From Eledone cirrhosa (Eukaryota), in assembly GCA_964016885.1 (NCBI GenBank), contig OZ024742.1, positions 187,178,001 through 187,242,000 on the forward strand: 64,000 nt of DNA, written 5' to 3'. Under the pieces are notes generated by a model. It did not search any database. It was not told the DNA's origin and saw nothing but the letters and a program-made list of their open reading frames with translations. Each line of letters starts with the position of its first letter. Positions within the stretch are counted from its first letter, which is position 1. Of this stretch, positions 27,471 through 41,700 are shown one piece after another. Both the position numbers and the translations under genes were made by a program.

Positions 27471-29625
27471 GCTGACGGCCATGTTCAATGACTGCTTGGT
27501 GTCGGGTGAGGTGCCAGAGTGGTTGACAAAAGGTACCACAGTTCTGATAATGAAAGACCGAATCAAGGGTAATGATGTTACCAACTATAGACCTATCACA
27601 TGTCTGTCCGTAATGTGGAAACTGTTGACGAGCATTGTGTCTGAGGAAATCTACCATCACCTCCACACAAACAACTTGTTACCGGACGAACAGAAAGGAT
27701 GCCGAAAGAAGTCACGTGGTACAAAGGACCAGTTGCTTATTGATAAGATGGTAATGGGGAATTGCAGGAGGAGACACACTGATCTTGCCATGGGATGGAT
27801 AGACTACAGAAAGGCATTTTACATGGTGCCTCATTCCTGGATCACCAAAAGCCTGGAGATCTTCAGGGTGGCAGATAACATCAGACAGTTGCTAGGCAGG
27901 AGTATGGGGTCCTGGGAGACAGAGTTGACATCAACTGGAGTATCCTTGGGAAGCGTGAAGATCAAGAGAGGTATCTTCCAGGGAGATAGCCTGTCCCCTC
28001 TGTTGTTTGTCCTTGCCCTGATGCCCTTGACCATTATGCTGCGAAAAGTGAGAGCAGGATACAAGTTGGGAAGGGGAGAGCTTACCATCAATCACCTCCT
28101 CTTCATGGACGATCTTAAGCTCTTCGGGAAAAGTGAGAAGGAGTTGGATGTGCTTGTTGACACTGTCCGTATTTTCAGCAGTGATATATGTATGCAGTTT
28201 GGTATTGGTAAATGTGGAGTCATTGTGATGAAGAGGGGTAGGTTGAGCAGAAGTAACAGGATCCAGATACCAACAGGTGAGATGATAAAGGAAATTGACT
28301 CTGAGTATTTGGAAATTGACTACAAGTATTTGGGCGTTCTGGAGGCTGATGGCATAAAGAACAAAAAAATGAAGGAATTGTTAAGAACTGAATACATTCG
28401 GAGAGTAAGGAGCGTATTGAAGTCACATCTGAACAGCAGAAATGCCATAAGCGCAGTAAATTCCCGAGCTGTGTCTATTATTAGGTACAGTGCGGGAATT
28501 CTGAGATGGAATGTTGCTGAACAGAAAGAAATGGATAGGAAGACTAGGAAGCTATTGACTATCTACAACATGTTCCACAAGAGGAGTGATGTCGATAGAC
28601 TCTACCTAAGGAGATCTGAGGGTGGAAGAGGTCTTATCAGCATAGAGGACTGTGTTCAGATGGAGAAAAACAACCTATACAAATACGTGACCTATAGTAA
28701 GGAGCCAATGCTCAGAACTGTACTGAAGGAGGGGACAGTAGGCCAGGGGATGTCCAGGGAGGAAATAACATCAAGGAGGAAGAGCAGCCTTAAGGGAAAA
28801 CCCCTTCATAGTACCTTCTTTGAGAAAACTGAATTTAGAGATCCACAGACATGGAACTGGTTGAGAAGAGGAGACCTCAAAAAGGCTACAGAAGGAATGC
28901 TAATGGCTGCGCAGGAGCAGGCCCTCAAAACGAAGTGGTTGAAGCACCATATCTACAAGGAGGAGGCTAGCCCACTGTGCAGGATCTGTGCAGAGAGAGA
29001 GGAGACTGTGGCTCACATTGTGTCCGAGTGTAAACACCTAGCCCAGACCCACTATAAGGGCTGGAGACACGATGTGATGGGCAGGGTGATCCACTGGCAC
29101 CTGTGCAAAGTAAACAATCTACCACATTCTGAGAAATGGTATGAGCATAGGCCAGAGGCGGTGATGGAGAACAATCAGGTGAAGGTGCTGTGGGATTTTA
29201 GGATACAGACGGACAAAAAACTGGAACACAATAGACCTGACCTGGTGGTTGTGGACAAAGAAAAAAGATCGTGCCTGATTGTGGATGTGGCCTGCCCGTT
29301 CGACACGAGAGTGCAAGAGAAGGAGAGGGAGAAAATTAACCGATACCAGGACCTAAAGTGGGAGGTGAAAAGGATTTGGAACTGCCATGAAGTCAAAGTG
29401 ATCCCGATTGTCATAGGCGCACTGGGGACTATCTCCAAAAGTTTCCAGGGATGGTTAAAGAAAATCGGCCCCTTCACGCTTTTTGGAACGCTTCAAAAGG
29501 CATGCTTGCTTGGAACAGCAAGAACCCTCCGATACGTCCTGAATATCTGAGGCTGCAGGTAGTGGCTTGATATTCAATCCAACGGACTTTCCAGTTAACC
29601 AACATCAATGACTGAGATTCAAGGA
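27470..29625 (+). mobile_element. R4/Dong-type element, copy 2 (5'-truncated)
   Basis: Starts abruptly after (TAA)n 27414-27469; ends in an (AAC/AAT)n tail. Confidence 0.92.
27481..29550 (+). CDS. Truncated but open ORF: RT + CCHC knuckle + restriction-enzyme-like (PD..D) endonuclease
   Basis: 689 aa; [48 protein letters not shown]; motif A reads KAFY where copy 1 has KAFD. Confidence 0.85.
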   Translation: MFNDCLVSGEVPEWLTKGTTVLIMKDRIKGNDVTNYRPITCLSVMWKLLTSIVSEEIYHHLHTNNLLPDEQKGCRKKSRGTKDQLLIDKMVMGNCRRRHTDLAMGWIDYRKAFYMVPHSWITKSLEIFRVADNIRQLLGRSMGSWETELTSTGVSLGSVKIKRGIFQGDSLSPLLFVLALMPLTIMLRKVRAGYKLGRGELTINHLLFMDDLKLFGKSEKELDVLVDTVRIFSSDICMQFGIGKCGVIVMKRGRLSRSNRIQIPTGEMIKEIDSEYLEIDYKYLGVLEADGIKNKKMKELLRTEYIRRVRSVLKSHLNSRNAISAVNSRAVSIIRYSAGILRWNVAEQKEMDRKTRKLLTIYNMFHKRSDVDRLYLRRSEGGRGLISIEDCVQMEKNNLYKYVTYSKEPMLRTVLKEGTVGQGMSREEITSRRKSSLKGKPLHSTFFEKTEFRDPQTWNWLRRGDLKKATEGMLMAAQEQALKTKWLKHHIYKEEASPLCRICAEREETVAHIVSECKHLAQTHYKGWRHDVMGRVIHWHLCKVNNLPHSEKWYEHRPEAVMENNQVKVLWDFRIQTDKKLEHNRPDLVVVDKEKRSCLIVDVACPFDTRVQEKEREKINRYQDLKWEVKRIWNCHEVKVIPIVIGALGTISKSFQGWLKKIGPFTLFGTLQKACLLGTARTLRYVLNI

Positions 29626-29653
29626 ATAACAATAACAATAATAATAATAATAA

Positions 29654-31345
29654 TTGACATCAACTGGAGTATCCTTGGGAAGCGTGAAGATCAAGAGAGG
29701 TATCTTCCAGGGAGATAGCCTGTCCCCTCTGTTGTTTGTCCTTGCCCTGATGCCCTTGACCATTATGCTGCGAAAAGTGAGAGCAGGATACAAGTTGGGA
29801 AGGGGAGAGCTTACCATCAATCACCTCCTCTTCATGGACGATCTTAAGCTCTTCGGGAAAAGTGAGAAGGAGTTGGATGTGCTTGTTGACACTGTCCGTA
29901 TTTTCAGCAGTGATATATGTATGCAGTTTGGTATTGGTAAATGTGGATTCATTGTGATGAGGATGGGTAGGTTGAGCAGAAGTAGCGGGATCCAGATACC
30001 AACAGGTGAGATGATAAAGGAAATTGACTCTGAAGAAGGATACAAGTATTTGGGCGTTCTGGAGGCTGATGGCATAAAGAACAAAAAAATGAAGGAATTG
30101 TTAAGAACTGAATACATTCGGAGAGTAAGGAGCGTATTGAAGTCACATCTGAACAGCAGAAATGCCATAAGCGCAGTAAATTCCCGAGCTGTGTCTATTA
30201 TTAGGTACAGTGCGGGAATTCTGAGATGGAATGTTGCTGAACAAAAAGAAATGGATAGGAAGACTAGGAAGCTATTGACTATCTACAACATGTTCCACAA
30301 GAGGAGTGATGTCGATAGACTCTACCTAAGGAGATCTGAGGGTGGAAGAGGTCTTATCAGCATAGAGGACTGTGTTCAGATGGAGAAAAACAACCTATAC
30401 AAATACGTGACCTATAGTAAGGAGCCAATGCTCAAAACTGTACTGAAGGAGGGGACAGTAGGCCAGGGGATGTCCAAGGAGGAAATAACATCAAGGAGGA
30501 AGAGCAGCCTTAAGGGAAAATCCCTTCATAGTACCTTCTTTGAGAAAACTGAATTTAGAGATCCACAGACATGGAACTGGTTGAGAAGAGGAGACCTCAA
30601 AAAGGCTACAGAAGGAATGATAATGGTTGCGCAGGAGCAGGCCCTCAAAACGAAGTGGTTGAAGCACCATATTTACAAGGAGGAGGCTAGCCCACTGTGC
30701 AGGATCTGTGGAGAGAGAGAGGAGACTGTGGCTCACATTGTGTCCGAGTGTAAACACCTAGCCCAGACCCACTATAAGGGCTGGAGACACGATGTGATGG
30801 GCAGGGTGATCCACTGGCACCTGTGCAAAGTAAACAATTTACCACATTCTGAGAAATGGTATGAGCATAGGCCGGAGGCGGTGATGGAAAACAATCAGGT
30901 GAAGGTGCTGTGGGATTTTAGGATACAGACGGACAAAAAACTGGAACACAATAGACCTGACCTGGTGGTTGTGGACAAAGAAAAAAGATCGTGTCTGATT
31001 GTGGATGTGGCCTGCCCGTTCGACACGAGAGTGCAAGAGAAGGAGAGGGAGAAAATTAACCGATACCAGGACCTAAAGTGGGAGGTGAAAAGGATTTGGA
31101 ACTGCCATGAAGTCAAAGTGATCCCGATTGTCATAGGCGCACTGGGGACTATCTCCAAAAGTTTCCAGGGATGGTTAAAGAAAATCGGCCCCTTCACGCT
31201 TTTTGGAACGCTTCAAAAGGCATGCTTGCTTGGAACAGCAAGAACCCTCCGATACGTCCTGAATATCTGAGGCTGCAGGTAGTGGCTTGATATTCATTCC
31301 AACGGACTTTCCAGTTAACCAACATCAATGACTGATATTCAAGGA
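29654..31345 (+). mobile_element. R4/Dong-type element, copy 3 (more strongly truncated; open 538-aa frame 29654-31270)
   Basis: Nearly identical to copy 2 from LTSTGVSLG onward; (TAA)n tail to ~31397. Confidence 0.92.
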
Positions 31346-31353
31346 ATAACAAC

Positions 31354-31398
<45 letters not shown>

Positions 31399-31548
31399 GA
31401 TTATAAAAAGGAGGATTTGTTATGTATTCATTACATTTATCGAGTAGTGACGCGCGTTTCCGTGTTGATCAGCTCAACGTTCGATCTGTATCGTTCAGGT
31501 CCTAAATATATATGTGTATATGTACACATATTTTTTAACGTTCATATC

Positions 31549-31613
31549 TTTATCTGACGAAAACGCAAATGTCATCACATGATGATATTTTTTTTTGAAA
31601 TGCGCATAACAAA
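31549..31613 (+). ncRNA. Hydra-pLTR HHR (partly decayed)
   Basis: TTTAT-CTGACGA-AAAC..TTTT-GAAA-TGCGCA-TA-ACAAA. Confidence 0.6.
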
Positions 31614-31646
31614 ATACATGGAACTCTTTTAACCATCTTTTGATCT

Positions 31647-31723
<77 letters not shown>

Positions 31724-31754
31724 ATCAAAAGATGGTTAAAAGAGTTCCATGTAT

Positions 31755-31819
31755 TTTATTATGCGCATTTCAAAAACAAATATCATCATGCGATGACATT
31801 TGCGTTTTCGTCAGATAAA
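31755..31819 (-). ncRNA. Hydra-pLTR HHR
   Basis: TTTAT-CTGACGA-AAAC-GCAAATGTCATC-GCAT-GATGATATTTGT-TTTT-GAAA-TGCGCA-TA-ATAAA. Confidence 0.75.
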
Positions 31820-31952
31820 GATATGAAGGTTAAAAAACACTTGTGAATAGTGCATTTTAAATCAACATATATACTCCATTCCTACAAACTGTAGAGTGCT
31901 ACTTATCCGAAATCTGCATTGCTTTATTGTACTACAATAAAACTCACCTTCT

Positions 31953-32765
<813 letters not shown>

Positions 32766-32854
32766 ACTCCGGAAAACCAAATACGGTGGAGTTCTTCCAA
32801 TCTATTGTAAAACTCATTCTTTGATTTATTCATTGAACCTTGTTTAACCTTTAA

Positions 32855-32936
<82 letters not shown>

Positions 32937-33022
32937 GATAAATCTTTCCATGTATATATGTAGATAAATCTTTCCATGATATCCGGTATTTTATTTTATA
33001 TATATATATATATTTATACATA

Positions 33023-33062
33023 CAGTGTTCTGCATAATTTAAAGACCACCTGCATTTTAGCT
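33023..33062 (+). mobile_element. Solo Tc1-like TIR
   Basis: TA-CAGTGTTCTGCATAATTTAAAGACCACCTGCATTTTAGCT, one mismatch to the reverse complement of 24390-24429. Confidence 0.7.
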
Positions 33063-33440
33063 GTCATCTTGGGTTTATCTCCCGGCTGCTGCCGCTGGAG
33101 TTTCCTTGCAGTTAAGTGAAATGGAGCAACGTTAAATAAAGTGTTTTACTTGAAAACACAACGTGCTACCCGCTCCACCATTCGAACACACACTATTGCT
33201 ATCGTGAGCCCGACTCGCAAGTCATTATGCCTGTTGCTTTCACGTTCATATTGATACATACTTATATACATGCATATACATACATACTCTCATAGATACA
33301 TACATCCATACATTATATACATAAATACATTACACACACATATGTATATATACGCCCACATACACCAATACATACACAAACGCACACGCGCACATATACA
33401 CACACACACACATATACATACACACACACACAGACAGACA

Positions 33441-33498
<58 letters not shown>

Positions 33499-33546
33499 CA
33501 GAAATGTATATGTACATATATATTTATATATATATATGTATATATA

Positions 33547-33654
33547 CAGGGAGTCCACATAAATATATACACACTTTGATTACCTGTGTAGGTAATATTC
33601 ATTAGAATGCTAAGAATGCTATTGAAGTGTGTATACATTTTTTAGGACACCCTG
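33547..33654. mobile_element. Tc1/mariner-type MITE (relatives at 46697-46776 and ~58065-58110)
   Basis: Imperfect ~30-bp TIRs CAGGG.GTCC..A.AAAT.TATACACACTT, preceded by TA. Confidence 0.6.
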
Positions 33655-33672
33655 AATAAATACTATATATAT

Positions 33673-33744
<72 letters not shown>

Positions 33745-34135
33745 GTTGGTAGCCAAACATCGGCACCAGAAGGAGGTGCGTTCTGGTGAAAGGGCTGCTA
33801 ATTAGAACATTGCCAGTGGGGTCTAAGCGCGCTCGGCACCAGAAGGAGGTGTGTTCTAATAAAAGTGATGCTAATTAGAATATTGCCAGTAAAATCTTAG
33901 AAACGCCGTTGCCATAGCAGAGCTAATTTGTAACTGTATGTTAACATAGTTGTTAAAGATGATAATATGTGACAGGTTAGGAAAGGAATGTATTTTCTGT
34001 GGAAACTGTTTAGTTAGGAAACAACTAATGTCATATGCATGTATGTATGCATGTTTGCATGTATGTATGTGTATGAATATGCACATACATTTACATATAT
34101 ATGTGTATACATACATACATGCATAAATACATACA

Positions 34136-34197
<62 letters not shown>

Positions 34198-34199
<2 letters not shown>

Positions 34200-34500
34200 A
34201 AAATGATTTTTTTAAAATAAAAAACGAGATGTCCTACACGAGTGAAAGTATAGGGAAAAGAAATCGGAAATGCAACTGGAGTCTTTTAAAGAATATCTAT
34301 TCGTTTCCCTTACCGGTTTCACAGTTCTTATGCTTTTTAAAAGTAGAATTGTGATGGAGGATTTGTGGTTTTTCTCGGATCTGAGAGAAAAACTACAAAC
34401 GCTCCATCTCTATTCTACTTTTAAAAAGCATAAGAACCGGTAAAGGAAACGAATAGATATTCTTAAAAAGTCTCCAGTTGCATTTTCGATTTCTTTTCCT
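34198..34500. mobile_element. Foldback of a Neptune-type pLTR
   Basis: 34255-34375 is inverted at 34383-34499; matches the 8680-8810 family. Confidence 0.75.
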
Positions 34501-35606
34501 CACACACATATATATATCTGATCAAAAGATGGTTAAAAGAGTTCCATGTATTTTATTATGCGCATTTCAAAAACAAATATCATCATGGGATGATATTTGC
34601 GTTCTCATCATATAAAATAGGGAGACATAATATGAAGCTTAAAAAAACACTTACGAGCAGTGAAGTGTTAAATCTACATATGAAAAATAAAATAAGATTG
34701 ATATATGAGATTGGGAAAAAAAGAAGGAAGGGGGAATGAAAAGGTAAGGAAGAGGAAGAAAGAAAATAAAGGATGACGGGGGAGCAGTATAAGAAGGAGG
34801 GATGAGAGAGAAGGAGAAATGGGTGAGAGAGAGGGAGAGATAACCTTTAATACTGAGAAACACTCTCTCACAGAGAGTAATTTAAAAAAAACGTTATAAG
34901 ATAATACATAATCTAAAACAAATTTTGAAATTAAAAGTTAATGAAGTTTATGAATGGTGATGTTTATGATTAAAGAAAAGGAATTAAGAATAGTATTTAT
35001 TTAAGGTTTATATATTGAAGGGTTTAATAATATGTGCGAAAAGGAATTTATTAATATGTATTATTAAAATAAAAAAATGATTCAGGAGATAAGGTGAATG
35101 AAGAAGGGATTAAATTAATTATGAACTTAGAGGAATTAGTTAGGGTCTAAGTTTGTTTCTATGTATTATAATAGGAAAACGTAAATAATAGGTTTAATAC
35201 GAGCATGGAAGGAGAGAAGAAAGAAGAACATTTAAGGAAGAAAACATATATAACGTAAATAAAAAAATATATGTTTACAAAATTTACTAATAGTGATATT
35301 AGTATATATTAAAAATATAGTTTGTATGGCCAAAAATATAAGGAAAATGCTATAGTGAGTAATAATATGAATTATTAAGTAATTGAGAAGTAAAAGTTAC
35401 AGATTAAAGATTAGAAATTAAAAAAGAAAAAGGAAAAAAGGAAAAAAATGGATAAAAAAGAAGAAAAACAGGGGACCGCTAACGACATAGAATGAGTAAA
35501 TTGTATAATATAATATACTGAAATAAGGTAGAAAGATGGGTATATTTGTAAAAGATATAAAAACGTTTGAGAAAAGAAGATTTTAAACTAATTAGGTAGT
35601 GAGATA

Positions 35607-37975
35607 TTAGCTGTATACTTTATGGAAAGTTCTATGGGATTTATGCAAGCAGAGCGAAAATAAATCCGTACGTCTATTTATTATAGAATTAAAATTAGAC
35701 ATAATGGTAATTTTCCCGGCTCGGCAGAGATTACATGTTCTGGATAGGGAAGAATTCAAGTAAGGAGAGGCATTGCAAACCTTCCTCCAAGAAATGTTGT
35801 AGTTAATATTTTTGTCTTTTAAGGCCCATATGAGTTCTGAGAGTGCCGTGTTAGTTCTTTTAAGTTGGTATTTAAAAGACGAATTGTGATTATAAAATCT
35901 TGCTTTAAAGGAAGTGAAAGTGGAACCAAAAGAGGTAAACAAATTAGTACCAGTTATAACCTTACATTCATACACTAAATGTTTATCAAGACGTTGGTTA
36001 TTAAGAGGACGTTTAGTTCTAACAGGGCAATTACAATTATGATTAGAGAAATTACCAGAGTTATTAACAAGTGACCTAGTATTATTTATAGAAGGAATTG
36101 GATTGGAGAAGTTATGTACGATAGGTGCTAAAGTTTCCTGATTTAGATTGGTGTTATGAACATTCGACAAAGTTACGTTTGACGTCGTATTTAAATTTAC
36201 TGAATCTAGCCTAAAGTTAACATTGAGGTCGGGGTTACTATTGCTATTATTATGACGCTCAGTGTTGGATGGATATAATTAATTATTTAATATTTTATTA
36301 TTAGGTTTAGAGATAATGTTAGAGATGTTGGAAGTGGTGGAATAAGAGAATTTGATTGTATGTTGTTAATGGTCTTACTATAGATATGCGAGGGAGGGAA
36401 GCATTTATCTAAGGCCCTAAAAAATAGTTTAGGAATATAACTAGTGATAGAGAAATAGGAGCGTTGTACAAAATCATATTTTCGTATCTAGGTCTTTTCT
36501 TTAAGTTATTGGAATGTTCATAACTAACTATTTTACTATAAGTCCCTCGATGATTGGTTTCTTTACTGTATTTAATTTTGTCAGGATAACCGGCTTTGGA
36601 AATCGCATTATTATAATAATTGGCATTAGCGTCGAAGATAACTTTATTAGAGGATAGATTTGAGATTCCTTTTTCAACATTACTGACTATAGTCTTTTTA
36701 ACGTTAATGTGGTGGTTAGATTTAAAATTAACATAATTTAGATTCTCATTGTCTTTATGGTAAGGGTAATATAGGCCGGTGTCAAGATTAAGTTAGCTAG
36801 TTTGACGTTGTTTTCAAATTCAATTTTTAGGTTATGGTGCTTAAATAGATCAAGTATATTATTCTTAATAATATTAAGGTTAACTAAGTTACAGTTTAAG
36901 ACAGTAAAATGGGCATCCTCACGATAAATTCCACCGCGAAGTTGAGGAATTTCCGATTTAAAGAATTCAAAATAAAGATACCAATCAAATCCGTCAATTG
37001 CGCTGAATCCGACGAACCCATTGTGATATCAAAATTGTTGGAAGTATCAGTTCTAGTCCAATATTCGTTGTTGAATTCCAGGATAGTTTTTTTTGCGGTG
37101 AAAATGATGTAAAATTCATCTGTGGTAATGTCAGAATATTTAAATGCGAAAGATAGAGAGTTGTTGAGGAGTGAAGGCGAAATAGAAGAATAGTAACTGG
37201 CAATGTCAAACTCAATAAATTTTTGTTTGTTTTTATTATTCAGGTCATTGAACCAGTTAATTACATCAGATGTACCAATCTATAAATTTAAGTTAGAAAT
37301 AGAGCAATTAGAACGAACCTGTGGGATATTTGTATCCAAGATGGATTTACTAACAACCCACATTCTGATTTAGACGGGGCGATTAGTCTAACAGGCAGTT
37401 CCGTTCGAAAGTTATTTTTGTGATACTTAAGATTTATCCTCGGAGTTCTTGGGAAGAATGGTTCGGGCTTTTCTCGATCCCAAGTTTAGACATAATCTCA
37501 GAAGCTTCCAATTTATAGATTCCAAATTCTCATGGTTAGTTTTACGATAATTCTTCCTTAGTTCCTTAAGGATAAGGTTATTATACTTATCTTTAGATAC
37601 GCCGTATAAATTATTAGTTTTGTCGGAATTTTAGAGGAATTAAGATCCGAAATCGTATTCCTGAGATTTATGAGGTGCTACAGTCCTCTATAAGGGTTTC
37701 TCTTGAATTTACGTCCTCTTATAATATTAGTTTATTCTTCCTCAAACTGCGCTAGAGTTTTATTGAAAGGAGGACTTCTTCTAGAGTTAAATAAATGATC
37801 AATATTGTTACGTTCCTTAGTATAGAAATTTCCTTTAAGCGCTGGTCGTGTAAAAAAGCGATCCCTCTAAGCCTTCTCACAAAAGAGTCAGTCTTTTCAA
37901 TCAGATGTTTAGTGAACTCAGATTACCAGGTATAGGAATGTCTTTAATTGAAGTTGTTATTTTGTAATAATCCAT
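35607..37975 (-). pseudogene. Disrupted RT + GIY-YIG ORF, paralogous to 38883-41276
   Basis: Starts ATGGATTATTAC at 37975, contains FDIASYYSS and ITMGSSDSAQLTDLIG, ends RTFHKVYS*; many frameshifts. Confidence 0.88.
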
Positions 37976-38124
37976 GTTATAGAAGAAAAATTAGAGACCA
38001 TCAAATGTATCCGATACAAGAGTTAGCGCTCAAACAGTCAAGGAGCATCTTATTTTATTTTTCATATGTAGATTTAACACTTCATTGCTCGCAAGTGTTT
38101 TTTAAGCTTCATATCATGTCTCCC

Positions 38125-38195
38125 TATTTTATCTGATGAGAACGCAAATATCATCCCATATTGATATTTGTTTTTGAAATGTGCATAATAAAATA
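38125..38195 (+). ncRNA. Hydra-pLTR HHR
   Basis: TATTTTAT-CTGATGA-GAAC-GCAAATATCA..TGATATTTGT-TTTT-GAAA-TGTGCA-TA-ATAAAATA; sister copy 34549-34619 (minus) has C3 changed to A. Confidence 0.7.
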
Positions 38196-38335
38196 CATGG
38201 AACTCCTTTAACCATCTTTTGATCTTATATTATTTATACTCCAGTCCTATAAACTGTTGAGTGTTACTTATCCGATATTTGCATTGCTTTGTGGTGCTAC
38301 AATAAAACTCACCACCTACACACACACACACACAC

Positions 38336-38445
<110 letters not shown>

Positions 38446-38478
38446 TCACATATATACACACACACATATACACACACA

Positions 38479-38533
<55 letters not shown>

Positions 38534-38631
38534 AGGGGCAATGCAGATATCGGATAAGAAGCACTCTACAGTTTGTAGGACTGGAGTATACATAATATAT
38601 AAGATCAAAAGATGGTTAAATGAGTTCCATG

Positions 38632-38702
38632 TATTTTATTATGCGCATTTCAAAAACAAATATCATCATGCAATAACATTTGTGTTTTCATCAGATAAAA
38701 TA
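38632..38702 (-). ncRNA. Hydra-pLTR HHR (inverted copy)
   Basis: Exact reverse complement of 42231-42301. Confidence 0.8.
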
Positions 38703-38882
38703 GGAAGACATGATATGAAGGTTAAAAACACTTGTGGAAAAAACACTTCTTATCCGATATCTGCATTGCTTTATTGTACTACAATAAAACTCACCTCCTA
38801 CATTAACTTGCTCCTTTACGGTTGAGCGCTAACTCTCATATTGGATATCTTTTGATGGTCCTTTACCTTTTTCTTCTACAAC

Positions 38883-41276
38883 ATGGATTATTACAACATA
38901 ACCAATTCAACTAAAGACATTCCTATACCTGGTAAATCTGAATTCACCAAACTTCTAATTGAAAAAACTGACTCCTTTGTAAGAAGACTTAGATGGATAG
39001 CTTATTTCTATGACCTGCGCCTAAAATGGAACTTCTATACCAAGGAACATAACTTCCTCGATCATCTATTTAATTCTAGAAGAAATCCTCCTTCCAACAA
39101 AAATCTAGTGCAATTCGAGGAAGAGTTAACAAATATTATAAAAAATCTTAAATTCAAGAGATACCCTTACAAAGGACAAGAGCACCTTGTAAATCTCAAG
39201 AACACAATTTCAAACCTAAATTCCTCAAAAAATGTTTTAGTCCACTCTGACAAAACCAATAATTTATATGGTATTTCCAAGGATAATTATAACAACCTTA
39301 TCCTAAAGGAACTTAGGAAAAAATATCGTAAAACCAACCATGATAATTTAGAATCCATAAACTTTGAAGCCTCTGAGATTATGTCAAAACTTGGCATCGG
39401 AAAAAAGACCGAACCATTACTCCCAAGAACTCCGAGGATAAATCTCAAGGATCACAAAAACAATTTTCGCACTGAACTACCTGTTAGATTAATCGCCCCC
39501 TCTAAATCAGATCTGGGGATTGTTAGTAAAGCCATCTTGGATAGAATTATCTCACAGGTTCGTTCTAATTGCTCTTCTTTGAACTTAAATTTATGGTTTG
39601 GTACTTCTGAAGTGATTGGCTGGTTCAACAAATTGAATAATAAAAACAAACTAAAATTTGTTCAATTTGATATTGCCAGCTACAATTCTTCTATTTCGCC
39701 TTCACTTCTCAACAATGCTCTATCTTTCGCATTTAAATATTCTGACATCACCACAGATGAACTTCACATCATTCTCACCGCACGTAAAACCATCCTTGAG
39801 TTCAACAATGAATATTGGACCAGAGCTGATACCTCTAACAACTTCGACATCACAATGGGAGCATCCGATTCATCCCAATTGACAGATTTAATTGGTATCT
39901 TTATTTTGAACTCTTTGAGTCGGAAAATTCCTCAACTTCGCGGTGGAATTTATCGTGACGATGGACTCTTTACTATCTTAAATTGCAACATAGTTAACCT
40001 TAATATTATTAAGAACAATATACGTAATCTCTTTAACGAACATAACCTAAAAATTGAATTTGATAACAGCATCAAACTAGCTAATTTCTTGGTTGTATCT
40101 CTTAATCTTGACACTGGCCTATATTACACTTACCATAAAAACAATGAGAACCTAAATTATGCTAATTTTAAATCTAACCACCCTACTAATATTAAGAATG
40201 CTATAGTTAGTAATATTGGAAAAATAATATCTAACCTATCTTCTAATAAAAACATCTTTGATGCTAACGCCAATTACTATAATAACGCGCTTTCTAAAGC
40301 CGGCTATCCTGATAAAATCAAATATAATAAAGAAACAAATTCTAGAAGATCTTACAGTAGAATAATTAATCATGATCATTCCAATAACTTTAATAAAAGA
40401 CCTAGATACAAAAACATAATCTGGTATAATGCTCCTTTCTCCATCTCTATTAATAATAATATTCCTAAATTATTCTTTAGTGCCTTAAATAAATGCTTCC
40501 CTCCCTCCCATATCTATAGTAAAATATTTAACAAACACACTATAAAATTTTCCTATTCGACATCCTCCAACATTTCCAACATTATCTCTAAACACAACAA
40601 TAAAATACTAAATACTAAATCTCTTCCTTCCAACACTGAATATCATAATAATAGTAATAGTACTCCCGACGTCATTGTAAACTCTCGGCTAATTTCTACA
40701 AACCCAAATACAACGTCAAACACAACTTCGCTAAATGTTCTTAATCCCATTCTAAATCAAGAAACTATTATTCCTATCGCAAATAACTTCTCCAATCCAA
40801 TTCCTTCTATAGATAAGATTAGGTCACTCATTAATAATCTCTCTAATCGTAATTGCAATTGCCCTGCTAAAAATAAATGTCCTCTCAACAACCATTGTCT
40901 TGATAAAAACTTAATCTACGAATGTAAAGTTATAACTGACACTAATTCCTTCACCTATTTTGACTCCACTTCCACCTCCTTTAAAGCTCGTCTTTATAAT
41001 CATCATTCGTCTTTTAAATACCAACTTAAAAGAACCAACACGGGTCTCTCAGAACTCATATGGTCCTTGGAAGACAAAAATATTAAATATTACATCTCTT
41101 GGAAAAAGGTTTCTTCTGCTTCCTTGAACAGTTCTCTATCCAAGACTTGCAATCTCTGTCTAAATGAAAAATGTACCATTATATCTAATTTAGATTCTAT
41201 AATAAATAGACGCACTGACTTGTTTTCTATCTGCTTGCATAAATTCCACAGAACTTTCCATAAAGTATACAGCTAA
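38883..41276 (+). CDS. PLE polyprotein: RT + C-terminal GIY-YIG-type endonuclease (Hydra-like clade)
   Basis: 797-aa open ORF: LKDHK..RLIAPSKSDLG, QFDI (A), ITMGASD (B'), IYRDDG (C), SNHP, CxC-x5-C-x5-C linker, LIYECKV..TYFDST..FKAR..NH, KTCNLCLNEK, NRRTDL..CLH. Clade assignment is from recalled motifs, not a tree. Confidence 0.9.
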   Translation: MDYYNITNSTKDIPIPGKSEFTKLLIEKTDSFVRRLRWIAYFYDLRLKWNFYTKEHNFLDHLFNSRRNPPSNKNLVQFEEELTNIIKNLKFKRYPYKGQEHLVNLKNTISNLNSSKNVLVHSDKTNNLYGISKDNYNNLILKELRKKYRKTNHDNLESINFEASEIMSKLGIGKKTEPLLPRTPRINLKDHKNNFRTELPVRLIAPSKSDLGIVSKAILDRIISQVRSNCSSLNLNLWFGTSEVIGWFNKLNNKNKLKFVQFDIASYNSSISPSLLNNALSFAFKYSDITTDELHIILTARKTILEFNNEYWTRADTSNNFDITMGASDSSQLTDLIGIFILNSLSRKIPQLRGGIYRDDGLFTILNCNIVNLNIIKNNIRNLFNEHNLKIEFDNSIKLANFLVVSLNLDTGLYYTYHKNNENLNYANFKSNHPTNIKNAIVSNIGKIISNLSSNKNIFDANANYYNNALSKAGYPDKIKYNKETNSRRSYSRIINHDHSNNFNKRPRYKNIIWYNAPFSISINNNIPKLFFSALNKCFPPSHIYSKIFNKHTIKFSYSTSSNISNIISKHNNKILNTKSLPSNTEYHNNSNSTPDVIVNSRLISTNPNTTSNTTSLNVLNPILNQETIIPIANNFSNPIPSIDKIRSLINNLSNRNCNCPAKNKCPLNNHCLDKNLIYECKVITDTNSFTYFDSTSTSFKARLYNHHSSFKYQLKRTNTGLSELIWSLEDKNIKYYISWKKVSSASLNSSLSKTCNLCLNEKCTIISNLDSIINRRTDLFSICLHKFHRTFHKVYS

Positions 41277-41700
41277 TATCCTAAACTTTATCAATTCAGA
41301 ATCCTCAAAGGCACACACATATATATATATATACTTCTTTAAAAATATACCCATCTTTCTACCTTATTTCAAAGTTATTTATTATACATTATATAATAAT
41401 TGTTACTCATTCTATATCACTCCTATTTATCACTTCCCTTTCTTCCTTTTCCTTTTCTTTTCTTTTAATTTCTAACCCCTAATCTGTCCCTTTTCTCACT
41501 GTGCCTAACATAGAAACAATTATTACACAATACAATATATTCTTACTTTATATCACCTTGAAAAAATCCTTCGTAAACATAAACATTTTTTTGACGTTAG
41601 ATTATTCATCCTCTATTCATTATTTTCTTCTTCCTTTCATCTAACTTATTCATGCTCATCTCACAATATATCCTTACTTACATTACTTTTGTTTTTTTAA

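Larger units (their letters stand above)
34520..38320 (-). mobile_element. Hydra-like PLE copy B (full span, decayed) with inverted 5' pLTR
   Basis: Colinear with copy A; 3' pLTR/HHR at 34520-34700; inverted pLTR at 38049-38320. Confidence 0.88.

Noticed and set aside
24926-31197. Antisense ORFs over the R4 elements
   Set aside because: Shadows of the RT frame, repeated only because the element is repeated.
31440-31500. GAAACGCGCGTC on the minus strand (HHR 3' half)
   Set aside because: No matching CUGAnGA or stem I; not called as a ribozyme.
33770-33860. CGGCACCAGAAGGAGGTG duplicated, superficially CTCF-like
   Set aside because: Poor match to the CTCF core; a local duplication explains it.
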